Source: Camelus dromedarius (taxonomy: Eukaryota). From it: DNA of 64,000 nucleotides. The position numbers and the translations under genes were made by a program. The stretch is from the NCBI RefSeq assembly GCF_036321535.1, contig NC_087436.1, positions 10,664,001 to 10,728,000 of the forward strand, read 5' to 3'. This document shows, piece by piece, positions 25,455 through 39,554 of the stretch. Positions within the stretch are counted from its first letter, which is position 1. Each line of letters starts with the position of its first letter. The notes below the pieces were generated by a model. That model ran no database searches. It was not told the origin of the DNA and saw only the letters and a list, made by a program, of their open reading frames with translations.

Positions 25455-25625
25455 TTAGGTCAATGCTTTTCCTGTTTTAATGGACATATATATCATCTAG
25501 GGACCTTTTTAAAATGCAGATTCTTATCCAGTAGGTCTAAATTGTCCTATAAAGTCTGCATTTCTAACAAGTTCCAAATTAATGCTCAAAATACTGGTCT
25601 GTGGACACACTATGCATAGCAAGTG
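25455..25625. mobile_element. MER5-like MITE
   Basis: ttaaaatgcagattc...tctgcatttctaacaagttcc core. Confidence 0.7.
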
Positions 25626-26329
25626 TATAGATGATGCATGTAATTTGGTGAACTATGATAAGTATGAATAAAAGCTATGTAATGCTTCAATTAATATTGA
25701 CTAGACTTACCTGTATTGACTAGACCAATTTATATATCGACTAGACATAGTAATACTATATATTTATGAGAAATCATATCAGAACTAAAAACCTTAAGTT
25801 GTACTTCAAAATACAGCATGATATTCACTGAAGTGCTATAAAATAGTACAGAAGTAACTTACCAAATACCTTTAAAATATGTCTTTACAGAATATACTGA
25901 ACATTTTCAGCATCCTTTGCCAAATGTAAATGTAACACCACAACTGCAATTATTAGAAACTCATTGTGTGCAAAATACTGTCAAATATACCAACCTTAAA
26001 TATTAGAAAATTCAATATGGAACATATAAGTATTGGAACTGTCTAAATACTGAATTCTAAATTTTGATTTCTATAACAAAATTTCAGTGGCTTGAATCTG
26101 AAACTCTTTGTGCCTAAAACAAAAAATAGAAATCAATAAAGATATAAAATAAAATCACCCACATCCTACAGAATAATTAGGACACAGTTATTAAACTTTC
26201 AATAACATGTAAATTTGAAATCAACATGGATAGTTCCCGGTCCATTCATAAGCAGAGGTAGGTTAAGGGTAAAGAAGTAAGGTAAGTGAGGTGGAGTCCC
26301 AGTGTTACTGAACACAGGTAACACCCATC

Positions 26330-28010
26330 AGAGTTCATAATTTTAAGTATAGAAAAAGATTTAGACAAAGGGATAAACAGAGACAAAGAATCTCAAACAT
26401 ACATAATTGGAGTCACTGAAGAAGAAAAATCAAATAACAGGCTGGAAGTAAACACTTTAAATATAATTGAAGAAAACATTCCAGAAGTAAAAGCAAAATT
26501 TTATGTATTGAAAGTGTCAACCTATACTTGGAAAAAATAATCAGTTCCAAGACATACACTTATTAATAAATATCCTAGTAAAATTATTATATTTTTAGAT
26601 AAAGAAAAAATATCTGGGCAAATAGCAAAAAAAAAAAAAAAAGATTCACTGAAAAGCAAAAGAAAATTTGGCTGACCACAGACTTCTTGACGTAAGCATA
26701 CAAAGTAAGAAAACATTGGCAAAACATTATCAATGAAGTAATGAGAGGTGTGAGATGATTATGTTGCAGATAGCCAAGTTAAGTTTAAGCATCAAAGCCT
26801 GGGAAAACAATACTAAACTTCCAAGAACACAGGGGATATTATGCTCATGAGCCTGTCCTTAGGTAGAAGGAACCTCAGCTAATCAAGAGACAATTAGGGA
26901 AATTATGATTTAAGAAAAGCAACCAGTGATGAGCCTCGTAGATAGAATTTATTTGTGAACCTAGGCAAAAAGATAGGTTGGTATATTTGTGGAAGAATAA
27001 TAAGGAAAGGTTATAACATATATAGAGTAGAAATAATTCAACTGAAAAATGGGAAGAGGAGGAGAAAAGAAAAATACTAAGATAATTATTGCATAGGAAG
27101 TGGTAATTAATAGATATTATTTAATATTAATGCTGACAAACCAAATAGAAGAAAGATAAGTAAGGAAAAGTAGTGAAAGCATTGTAAAGTCTTAGAACAA
27201 ATAAAATCACAAGAACAAAGATATAAATCATGTGAAAAATTTAAAAATACAAATATAAAATATGAATAAATGGAAACATGCTTAATTCACCTTTATAGTT
27301 TTTCTAAAACACAAAATTCAATTTTATTTTGGAAACAAGAGCCACAGCTAAACAAAATTGATTCATAAAAGCAAAATATAAAAAAGGATGTGCAAATGTG
27401 TCCCAGCCAATGCTAATCAAATAAAATGACAGTCAAATGCAGTTAGCTTTTAATTCTGACATAGCAAGTAAAATTCAGATCGTAAAACACTAAAGAACAG
27501 GAAACAAAGGGCATTTTGTAATGCTAAAGACCAAAAATAACAATGAATTTATAAGTTATAAATATCTGAATGCAATATCACCACACCCACTTTCAAAATA
27601 AACAAGTAGATTCAGGAAATTGATAGAAAATACAAGACCAACACACAAGTGTGAAATATATCTATAAGATATAAATATATATAATTTATTTTTTAATTAA
27701 TATGGATTTCATTAATAAGAGTTAACTAATAAGGATTTTTGCACACCTCCCCAAAAAGGCACACATTCTTCATACCAGTAAGAACTGATCATACATTAGG
27801 TCCTTAAAAAACCTTACTAGGTCTCATAGCAGAAATAATACAAACAACATTTCTTAGTCACAATGCGATAAAACTAAAAATTAATACCAAAAATGTTAAA
27901 GTCTCTGTCACCCAAAATTTTTAAAAATCTTATTTACAAAATTTGAGATTAGAAGGGATAACTTACACCAAAATTGAAGTATTTTAAAAATAATGATGAT
28001 GAAAACCTTC
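26330..28010 (+). mobile_element. Old L1M ORF1-ORF2 (endonuclease) remnant
   Basis: aacatacataattggagtcactgaagaaga (ORF1-like), gatcatacattagg and cacaatgcgataaaacta (endonuclease-end-like). Confidence 0.7.
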
Positions 28011-28109
28011 CTTCAGCCTGGCATCCGACACCTAGCATCTGACTGCTGCCTCTAGCAGTTTTCTGCCACCCTCTTCCTCCAACACCCCAATTCAAGATAC
28101 CCTTCCCTC

Positions 28110-28820
28110 TGCAGCCATTATGGAAAACAGTTCTGGATATTCCTCAAAAAACTAAAAATAGACTTACCATATGATCCAGCAATCCTACTCCTGGCCATAT
28201 ATCCAAAGGGAACTCTAATTCAAAAAGATACATGCACCCCCATGTTCATAGCAGCACTATATACAATAGCCAAGACATGGAAACAACCTAAATGTCCATT
28301 GATACAGGACTGGTAAAGAAGTTTGTGGTATATATATATATTCACACAATGGAATACTACTCAGCCATAAAAAGAATAAAATGGTGTCATTTGCAGCAAC
28401 ATGGATGGATGTGGAGATCGTCATTCTAAGTGAAGTTATCCATAAATACCATATGATACAACTCATATGTGGAATAAAAAAGAAAAAGAAAAAAGAACAC
28501 ACAAATGAACTTATTTACGAAACAGAAACAGATTCACAGATATATTAAACAAACTTATGGTTACTGGGGAGAAAGGGGGTGGGAAGGGATACAGTGAGAG
28601 TTCAAGATTTGAAAATACTAACTACTCTATATAAAATAGATAGAAAACAAATTTCTTCTATATGGTACAGGGAACTATATTTAACATCTTTAGTAACCTA
28701 TAATGAAAAAGATTATGAAAAAGAATATATGTATATATATGTATGACTGAAACATTATGCTGTACACCAGAAACTGATACATTATATAAACCGAGTATAC
28801 TTCAAGAAAGAAAGAAAGAA
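28110..28820 (+). mobile_element. Young L1 3' end
   Basis: ccatatgatccagcaatcc...3' UTR, tail followed by (GAAA)n. Confidence 0.9.
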
Positions 28821-29559
28821 AGAAAGCAGCAAAATCCCCTTTCAAAGCAAAATAAACCAAAAAAAAAAAAAACAAAAAAAACGGATGTTGACTGCTAAAA
28901 GAGGACAAACTTCGATTTATAAGAGGAATACGATCTGAGGATGGAGATGTCGTTCACAACACTGTATTGTATAATTGAAAGTTGCTAAAATAGAACTTAA
29001 ATGTTCTCACAGAAAAAAAAGAAAACATGTGGATGGATGTTAAGGGGTATTCTTTCACAATGTATATTAAATCATCATGCTTTAATGATGATTAATACAC
29101 ATTAATTAGTACACTTTAAATATCTTACAATGTTATTTGTCAATCATACCTCAATAAAGGTGGAACAGAAGAAAGATACAGAACAGGCCACACAGCATAC
29201 ACATCAAGGTCTTGTGAATCCCAGTCAGCAATCATTGCTAGGATGCACATGTTTCTGAGAAATGAGGCTAGGTAGGTAAGGATGGGGCTAAACTAAAGAT
29301 GTGTGAACCATCAGCTCATGGAAGACAGTGCTTCTGGAGGCCCCTCAGTTTTACACTTTCTTCTCACTGCCTTGTGCTGCTTGCTGAACTCCTGTTTACT
29401 AAAAGACAATCCCAGCTACCTGGGACAGAGTATGTAGCGCAGGAAAGAGAAATTCACATTAGAATTTCACATTTATATTGCATCTGGAATAGTCCCATAT
29501 ATTCCCTGAGTCAATGTTACAAGGAGTTTGAATAAGATCACTTTTCAGTCACGAGGGTG

Positions 29560-31170
29560 GAAGGATTCATTTTGGTTCTGTTCTGAACACATTCATTCCA
29601 GGCAAAATTTAAATAGAGAATTATCAAGTTCTCTCACTAAAGTTACAAGACAGTGGTGCTCACTACTGTTGGATTTAGTAGCCAAAGTGATCAGATAAGA
29701 GAAAACAATTAGAGATATATCATTGAAAAGAAAGAGGCAGACTATGGTGATTTGTGGGTGAATGGCCTGCATGGAAAACCCAAGGGCTGAAACAATACTA
29801 CAACCAATGTTAAAACCACACATTTAGTAAGATAGGAAAAATCTAAACTGACATTCAAAATAAATAACCTTGATGTATATTTCCACATATAATGCAGGAA
29901 CTGTCTCAGTTACAACGAAAGCAATAACAGTGAGAAAAAGATGAAATGCTTAGGAATACATTTATCAAGAAAAATGCAGTATATTTGAAGAAAACTTTAA
30001 CTTCCTTATGAAAGATACAAAGTAAACATAAAACAATAATTTGTCAGCGTTAATATATACATTTTTTATTATCCCCACAAAATGGTGAGTGGTTTTTCTT
30101 TTCTTGTTGTTGTTGGTTTTTCCTTATAAAGCTGGACAAGTTGACTCTAAAATACAAGTGGAAAAATCAACAATGGAGACTATCCAGAAAACCCTGCAAA
30201 AGAAAAGAGAGGCCTTCTCCCTAGCAAACAGGAAGACATACCATAAGGCTGATATAATTAAAACAGTATTGTAGTGGCCGTAAATACACACAGAGTAGAC
30301 ATTCAAGAATCAGATTTGTCAATATAATTCTGGTAGAAAATGGATTTTTAAATAAAACTGTGTGAACAAATGGGTAGCCATCCAAATAAAACTAGATCTA
30401 TAACACTACAGAGCAGAATTACTTTAAGTAGATCAGATATCCAAATCCAAAAATAAAAGTAAATTAACAAAAACATACACAAGAAAAAAACATGCCTTTA
30501 TTCCTTATAGCCTGTAGGTCAGATTTTCTAAAAATGATGTAAAATCCATACACAAGAAAAGAAAACACAAATATAGTCACCTATGTATTTAAAATACAGA
30601 TAATATCCACTTATGTTTTTAAAATAATAAAGCAAACTATAGGCAAATTCAAATGATAAATTATAAGCTCTCTGACAAACAGCTCTGAAGACTGACCACA
30701 CTCTTTCAAATTAAGGAGAAAAGAACTTAAAACCTCAATATGCTTGTAGAAATACCCAAAAAGTACGAACAGAGGATTCACAAGAAAAGATATACAAGTG
30801 ACCTTTAAACACATGAAATCATGTACTCACAATAAAAAGATACAATATTTTTATTAAATATATATTATATATTTATACATATATAAATTATAATAATTTA
30901 TATTATTGTATAATTATTATGTTATATAAAATATATTTAACTACCCTAAGGTACTATTTCTCATCTCTCATGCTGACACAAATGAAAAATATATATATCC
31001 ACACTGAGAACAGACCGGCAAAGCTGTAAGGAAGCACCGTGCGCACGCGCACAGACACGCACCGCTAGTGCGAACTCAGCGCGGTAGCATCTTTGCAGGA
31101 ACCTACAGAAGTGTTCATGGATTTACGCGTTGACCAGCGATCCCACGCCACACTGAAGACACCCCCATGT
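29560..31170 (+). mobile_element. Old L1M ORF2 3' fragments
   Basis: Remnants such as KTYHKADIIKTVL (ORF 30089..30274) and ttgaccagcgatccca. Confidence 0.65.
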
Positions 31171-33420
31171 CAACATGAGAGAACACACAGCATCTCTGAT
31201 CCACTTCCCCTCGTGGACATCTCCCTGGATGGTGCGGGATGACTCCTTGATGTGACTCCCCAACCCCCCCAGCACCGCCCACTTCACCTCTGTCCTCTCA
31301 ACCTGCCCCGCGTACAAATGCCCTCCTTGGTTGTTCGCACCTAATGGCTTCTGAACCAGATTGTTTAGAAAGAGAAGAAAAGTGACAAGGAAGAAAGGGA
31401 CGATAAAGAGCACCAGTCTTGATTTTTAAATACTTATCTCAACTTTAAAAGGCACTATGGCTCCTAGGAGGAACGGTGAGCACAGAGAAGCTGGAAAGTG
31501 TTATTGTAGCAAAATATTAGTCCACCTGGAACCGTAGGGTTTTTGTGGTTCTTCTCTTTCTGTTCTACAACAGAATAGCAGTGATTAAGATGAAGCAAGA
31601 AGAAGCTCCTGACACAACACATGTGATTTGTCATCTGGAAATTCAATCTCACAATTATAAATCTATTTATTTATATGAAACTTGATAAGGCACTTTATAA
31701 TGGCTTGATAACACTCTTTAAGAAAACATATAGCTCGAAGAAATACTTCAGAAAGTCAAATGATACATTTTAGTAGCATGAACCTGTACTTTCCTATTCT
31801 GTATGGTTGTAGTTAAGCAAAAATGTAAAAGTGAGACACTCCTTCCAGTTTGGAAGCCAGAATGAATTATCTGAGAATAAATTATCTAGAAGGCTGGTAT
31901 AGTCTCTGAAAAGTGGTTGTGGAAAAGTTTGGTGATAAGCATGTCCAACTTCTTGTATTAGCTTTTCTCTATATTAGCTAATAATATAATTTCACTATGT
32001 ATTCATGATTTTACTCATTGTATGATTTGTATTATATACAGAAGTATTGGCTCAATGTAGATTTTTTTTTCCCACAGTTTCCTCTCTATCAGTTGGTCCA
32101 ATCAAATGTTATTTTCTAATGAATTACTGCTCTAAATAAACTTCTAGTTTAAAATTTTTTCTAAAATCACATTTATTTTAGAAAGTAAACCCTATGTTAC
32201 TGAATTTTGATAAAGTATATTTGTAAGTTACAATGTAGAGTTTTGTAAAAGCATATGCAATAAATTAGCATAATGGTTTTGATAAGATTCATTAGAATGC
32301 AAAAGTCACACATTTGTAAACATAATCATTCTGAAGCACCAATGATAACATCTGAAAGAAAAAATGGAATAAAATATTAAAAACAAAAATCTTTTTAAGC
32401 ACATATGCATTTTAGTTTCTTCACAATAGTTTATCATAATAGAACGTTAAAGCATTTTTCAAAATAATTATGCTTTGAAAACAGTTATTAAAATATGGAT
32501 GTGTATTCAAAGGTACAAAAGCAATTTTAAATTCAAATACAGAGTTCTCTGGTTTCATAAGAAGGACAGATTACATAGAAAGCAGTTTACATTTTCTTTC
32601 TCACTCAAGATTTCAAATGCCAATAATGATTTCATTAAGAATTTCACTTCATTTTATTGTTTTGACTAAACTGCTTAAAGCCACAATATCATTATGTTTT
32701 AATTGTGTATAGACTACACTTACAATAATGAAATGTTGAAGAACAGAGTGTAAAATGAACCCTACCTAGTGCTTTGTCATTAATAAAGAGTTTTTACAAA
32801 AATCTCCTATTATTTTCACAACACCCTGTGAAGTAACACCCATTTTGTAAACTGGAAAATTGAAGTTTAGAGGCAATAAATGACCTACAAATATTAGGAC
32901 TATTAGGCAGATCCCAGGTTGGCTGCTTTGGGCTCACTGTTGGTTGCAGGAGCCACAATTCTCTCAGCATCAATGAACAAGTTAATGGATATAGTTATGG
33001 ATTAAAAATACAAAGTAAATGGACTTGAATTTTTCCCTTCCTATGAAAATTCTAAATCTATAAGCTTTTGTTTCAAATAACTTTCTAGGATAGAGACATT
33101 TTTTACATTGATAAAAATGATTATCTGTCATCTCGTTGTCTACAGACCAGAGAGCAGTGATTTTGTGAAATAACGTGTCTCATTCTCTTCTCTGGGATTT
33201 AAACATGATTCACACACCATGTGAAAATCCAGTATCTTCTTGTAAGTTTAAAAGGAATGTATATGCAATATCTATATGTGATCATGGAAATTGTGGAAGG
33301 GGCCCTCACATAGGAACCCCCTTCTAAATTAAAGAAAAATGCTGTCCTTCATGTGCTAAGGTGGTTTCCCCGGGAGAGACGAGCTCACTTGGGAGACAGG
33401 GAGCTCAAATGCCTTTGGGG

Positions 33421-33435
33421 GTTGCCATGGGATAC
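33421..33435. promoter_or_regulatory. RFX X-box-like motif
   Basis: GTTGCCATGGGATAC resembles GTNRCC-N0-3-RGYAAC with an imperfect right half; lies in a repeat-poor block. Confidence 0.3.
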
Positions 33436-34106
33436 TGTTTTATAAGAGCATTTGCAGAGCAGATGGAAGGAAGCTAAATAAAGTATATGCAGGTAATGAG
33501 AAGATAAGTTTTCTATTTAATTTGCCATTAAACAATGGAAGAGCTTGAGCATTTGTCTACAGGAAAGAAATTTCTCCTGTCAGAGCAAATTACGTTTGGT
33601 ATTTAGAAATGCAATCCCATAATTGTAAACCTAATTTGTCGTCAAACTTGAAAGAGCAGTTTTTATAATGGCAGCATAATGCTCATCAAGGAAAAAGATC
33701 ATTTCTGAGAACTGATTGAGAAAAACAAATTAATAATACATGTTACTAACATGAATTTATACTTCCCTCTTTTGTATGATTATAAGCAAACAGAATAGGA
33801 AACTATTTGTGACTGTACTTCTAAGATCTGACACTGGAAAGTCTAAGAATTAATTACCAAAGGGGATAGTAAATCTTTTAAAATTCCATTGATGACGGAC
33901 CTGTTCGCAAACTAGTTTCCTGTGCCTGTTACTCTCAGTAGCTCATACTATTTTGCTCCATAAAACAGAAACAGTTTAATTAGCACAGCTCTTGAGTGGT
34001 CTTCAGTGAATTAACTAGCTTTACATAAAAATGCAATTTCTTACATGGAGTTTGGGCATTGAATACACAGTATATGCCATGTAAATTTCTATTAAAAAAA
34101 GCAAAT

Positions 34107-34275
34107 GGGGGGAGCAAAAGCAAATGGGAGCTCAGTGGTAGAGTGCCTGCTTAACATGCACAAAGCCCTGCGTTCAATCCCCAGTACCTCCATTAAAAAA
34201 TAACAACAACAATAATAAACACATAAATAAATAAATAAACCTAACTACCTCTCCCCTCAAAAAAAGAAAAGAAAA
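34107..34275 (+). mobile_element. tRNA-derived SINE (Vic-1-like)
   Basis: agctcagtggtagagtgcctgcttaacatgca...gttcaatccccagtacctcc with A and B boxes and A-rich tail. Confidence 0.9.
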
Positions 34276-36228
34276 TACTTTTCTCAGGAATGTATTAACT
34301 GATTAGTCCTTGCCAGAAAATGTATGAGTCAATATTTACTTGCAAATCCTATATATTGACACTGATTTTTAATTACTCCTTGAGATATTCTGAATTCTAA
34401 AAGAAATCCTACGCAGAACAGCCAAGAAAACGAAATAAAACAAAACAAAACCTGTAGCTGTCTGTGCGCTTGGTAGTATAAATGATTCCTATATCAAGAG
34501 AGAGAAATTGTTGTAGGGCAGAGATAGAGTGACAAAACAACGCTCCTTTCTTCCCTCCCTCCCTCTCTCCTCTATTTTTCTCCTCCTCTCTAGGCTCTGG
34601 AATGGGGTGTAGAGGATTTATTAGATTCAGGTTAACATTATTAGTAAGCATACATTACAGGTGATTTTCTTCCTGTTGCCACATAACAGAAAGTAAAAAA
34701 AATAATAATAATAATAATCATCACATTGCCCTACCATTAATGATAATCAACTATAAATGTAGTCATTTGGCTCAGATGATGACAACAAGTTCTGGCCACT
34801 GTAAATGTACATTTTCCCTTTTACATCTGTACTGGTTCCTTCGTCAGCATTCGAATATCCTGCTCCCCAATGATCACTAATGTGACGATTTTAGCATTGA
34901 ATGAATACTCCTACCCTTTAGTATTGAATGAATATTTAGCATTGAATGAATCAGACGTAAATGCTGAATTCTCAATCCTATCATTCCATATACTTCTAAA
35001 TCTAGCACATTTTTCACAAAAAAATGTTCTTATTTCCCCCTCTCTCATTAATGTATGTTTGCACATATATACATACAGATGCATATATTTATCTTTAGGG
35101 TTCATGGATTTTTATATCATGTATTGTAATTAACTATAGACATTATCATTTTCAGATGCTCAAAATGTCATAAATTTATGCAGTAGGAACATCTTCAAAC
35201 TGGGTCACCTTTGCTCTTAACATAATCCCATGAGTCCTTAAACTCCCTTGCTTTCTGGGAGAATACAACGTCCCAGGCACCACTTGTACAATAGTTGCTC
35301 CAGATCTGATATCAACTTCCTAGCAAGGAAGAGGAATAAACTGATTGGTGCCCTTGGGAGCAGGCACAGGGAAACTGTAACTTGGTCCCTTCAGGGTCTT
35401 TTTCTAAGGAGGTCTCAGCAGGAGATACGTATTCCAGGTGCTCTCATGCATTCCAGGAAAAGGTTTGCCACAATGGGGGGAAGCTGGTGGTTGCTCCACT
35501 GAGCCAATGATCAGGTGGAAAAATCTACCTCATTCAAGGTTAGAGGGCTGGCCCATTAGAACTACGGATTTAAGCCAATACACCAATCTTTTATCAAGAA
35601 TAAAATGGATATTTTGATCTCCAGTCAAACTGATTTCCTCTCTATCCCTCAGCTGGTTGTGAACTTGAAGAAGTAAGATGAGTATCATTTTATTGGATTC
35701 AAAACCATTTAAATAAATGTCTCATGACATTAAATATATAGACACACACAAACACATGTGCACATACATGCAACAGAGAGTAAAATTTTGCCTAAAGAAA
35801 GATCATATATTTGTGACCAACATAAATTCTAAGGTTCAAAGACTAATCAGTTGATAACTTTACCAAAAATAAATGACCTAGGCTGTTGGTAAGTGCTAGT
35901 AGAAGCACAGTCTAAAAGAGAACTAAAATTCTTGAAATTTGATGTGAACTACAGGAATATCCTCTCCCAAATAAAACAATGTAGCTTAGGTCTGAAGAGA
36001 ATCTGATTCAGAGTCCACTCAGTATGGTGTCACTTCCTAGATGATGAATGTATTACACAGACTATTTTTTCACATATATGTCATTTCTCAAAGATATTTA
36101 AAGTTCCTCAAGGGTATTTTATAGCCCTAGCATTATATATTATAAACCGTAGGTATCCAATTCAAGTTTTGTTATCAAAGGCATTCTTACTCAATAATCA
36201 GTTATAAACTTTGACCTTTTTGGGCCAC

Positions 36229-36244
36229 TATATATATATGTGTG

Positions 36245-36283
<39 letters not shown>

Positions 36284-36301
36284 ACACACATATATATATA
36301 T
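36229..36301. repeat. Compound (TA)n/(CA)n microsatellite
   Basis: Direct reading. Confidence 0.9.
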
Positions 36302-38808
36302 TTGTTAACCATTTTAAAACCTCTTCAGTTTGATATTACAAAGAAATGTCAAGAATGGGTCAAGGGAAGCAACTTTTCCTGTTACTTTCAAATTGCTTTC
36401 CAAACACATTACTGCAATAGGGTACACAGTGACTTTACTCTGCTGGAACAACTGACTGCTGACCAGTGTTTCTACAATCTCAAGGGGTATCTTAAGATAC
36501 AAATCATTTTCATTATGCTAAAATGAGTTCTCGTTGAAATTTCTGTTGTCTGCTGAAGACTGCTTTAAAATTTTCATTTTTTTCCTTAAGAGAATACATG
36601 CTTACTTAAAGGATATATTATATTTCCTCTTGTATCTAAGTCAGTCAGTCTCTGGTGGTAAATAAGCTGTTCAGTGACATTAACTCAGGCCACTAAGTTG
36701 TTCTTTAATGCATATCTCCTGCTAATTTAAAATCAAGGGAATTTCCTGACCTGCATTTATTTATATTTCTCCCCACCCCTGACACACACCATCACATGCA
36801 ATAGCCTCTGGGAATATACATAAGAAATAGACTAATAGCAGTTGTCTAGGAAAAGAACTAGAGGCCTGTGTGCAGGGGCAAAAGGGAGGGTTACTTTTGT
36901 CTATTATTTTGAACTCTGAATTTCTTCTGGCATGTGCATGCATTAACAATTAAAAAAAATAGTAGATTCAAGACACATGTCCAAGCATCGTGGAGTCTAT
37001 CAGAGAAATTAAAGAAAAACTAATTTCTCAAATTTAACTGAGCAATTATTTCTCCAAGCAGCTAAGACATACAGTAAGTTGAGCTCAGTCTGGATAGCAT
37101 CTGTCAGGTTTAGGCAGGGTGATCTATACCCTGGATGTTCCCTCTCATTTCCTTATGTGTCTTTTGAAGGAATTCCATAGAGAATCTGCTTTGATCACTG
37201 TCTTTGAGATCCTCTTATTCAAGGAAAAGGACAGGGTCCTCCCGGTTGGTTATTAGTGCTTCTCTTGTCTTCTTTTTTTTCCAAGCAGAGTCTCCTCAGC
37301 TCCATATAAATCAGAAATCCTGGAGAGGAACTATGCTCAAATTAAAACTATAGAGTTCCATTTGGAAATACAACCAACAACAATGAAGTCATTATATATG
37401 GAAATATACAACACTGTAGTCTTTTTTTTTTTTTTTGGCATTTCTCTTAGAATGAGAGCCAATCAACAATTCAGTGAAGGATCTGCTTAAATTTATTAAA
37501 GACATCAACAAAGAGAAATTATTTAATGCATAATTGCATTTGATACTGAGCTAGGTGATTGTCATCTAAAATAGAATACTAAAAATGTGACCCATTATAT
37601 ATGGACATCAGCATCACTAGGATTGCTTCCTCTTGGTCCCAACAAATCAGAACATTTAGGGGTGTGCTCTAGGCATCTAGATTCTTTTAAAGACTCATAA
37701 ATAGAGTCTTTTTTATGCTTAAGTCCTAGAATAATGACTCTAAAATCTTTCTTAAAGATTCCGTTTGAAAGTGCATAGAAAGAAGATGCAGTCGATATAT
37801 ATTTATAACATTGTAATACATTTTTAGACAGTGCCAAAATTACTTTAAAGGGAATTCAAGAAAAAAAAGTTCTTTATTATTGAAATGATTATATTGATTA
37901 TTAGTAGATTCATACATACATACATGAACCACATATATGACTATATATTATACCCATAGTCAACTATTTAAAGTGTTAACATGATATAAATATATATATA
38001 TATAATATTTTTAAAGATTATTGCACTTACAGGTCTATATATAATATAACTGGTAAATAATTTTATATAAAGTGATATACTCTCAAGTGAGTGAAGATCA
38101 CTGGGGGCTTGAGAAATAAATATTGCCAATCTCTTAAGGAGAACTACACAAAACATTAATATTTGGAAAGTATTAAATCGTTGGAGTAAGATTCATTTTC
38201 ATATTTACTTGCCTGAAATTCAGAGTAGATTTCTGAGAGAGTTTGAAGTGATTAGTAAGCTACTCAGTTAAGACTATTTTTCAGAAGGTGTGGTAGCAGG
38301 TAGTGGTTGCAATGAGGTCAGACAAGTAGAGGGTTGGCACTAAAAAGATATTTGGAGCCAGATGAGCCAGAGACATAGGAAACATATCTGCAAGGCAGAG
38401 CCACAGTGATGGAAGATAAGTATGTACCTTTAACCTACTTCTATGGTTTCATTATAAGGTCGTAATGACTTATCATAAACAGGTATATCCCTGAAGCATG
38501 GCTTCAAATACAACTGAATCAAAGAACAGGAAATTATAAAGTGGTTTTGTTATGTCTGCAGTAAAACAAAGTTATCAAGCTCTAGAAAATGAAGCAATTC
38601 AAAGTTGAGTACATTTTTCCTCAAGATTTTCTCAAAATATTGAAAACAAAAAAATATCAAAAAAGAAAAAAGTAAAAATACTACTAAAATTTCAAAATAT
38701 ATCAATGCATTAATTTTATCTATATTTAAGTTCATTAGAAATTATGCATCTACCTAGAAAAAAAAAGAGTGACTACGATAATCAAAGTGTAACAGACATT
38801 TATGTTCC

Positions 38809-39301
38809 TGCAAATGGCATTATGTTGTCATTTTTTATGGCTGAATAGTATTTCATTGTATAAATATACCACATCTTCTTTATCCAGTTGTTCCTGGAGA
38901 ATGTCATTCTAAGTGAAGTAAGCAAGAAAGAGAAAGAAAAATACCATATAAGATCGCTCATATGTGGAATCTAAAAAAAAAAAAATGAACATAAATACAA
39001 AACAGAACAGACTCATAGAAATAGAATACAAATTTGTGGTTGCCAAGGGGGCAGGGAGTGGAAAGGGACAGACTGGGATTTCAAAATCTGTAGATACTGA
39101 CAGGCATATGCAGAATAGATACACATGATTATACTCTGTAGCACAGGGAGATATATACAAGATCTTGTGGTAGCTCACAGTGAAAACAAAATGTAACAAT
39201 GAATATATGTATGTTCATGTATAACTGAAAAATTGTGCTCAACACTGGAATTTGACACAACATTGTAAAATGACTATAACTCAATAAAAAATGTTAAAAA
39301 A
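38809..39301. mobile_element. 5'-inverted L1 3' end with TSD atttatgttcc
   Basis: About 80 bp antisense piece then sense 3' UTR to A-tail; atttatgttcc on both sides. Confidence 0.85.
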
Positions 39302-39554
39302 ATTTATGTTCCCATATATCTATGGATGGTAAAACTATTTTATCTCATTATGAATTAAAATAATATTTTCTACTTTTTCAATATTTCACTTATGTCTCTT
39401 TTTTTCCCTTTGCTCATTTGGTTTTTAATTTTTTGTACTAATAAAACCAATTAAAACTATATCCAAACATGAAATTGAGGGAAATATTATTGTCCATTTT
39501 TAATTTATTTTTAATTTTTAAATTAAGCTAATAAAATACACTTAAGCGTAATTA

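Larger units (their letters stand above)
22150..26120 (+). mobile_element. Ancient hAT (Tip100 group, Zaphod/Arthur-like) transposon fossil with decayed transposase
   Basis: YHGNFLHLAK (about 23817), RHLGNDTQN (about 23916), IMLDTAHNIS (about 24008), VEDLYNF and PWES (about 24608) follow the hAT order GNF / QNE / DxxxDxS / TRW. Ends approximate. Confidence 0.75.

Noticed and set aside
25696..25746. Three short near-repeats of attgactagac with an embedded minus-strand CAG|GTAAGT
   Set aside because: Local slippage duplication inside the hAT fossil; too short and irregular for an array, and no matching acceptor identified.
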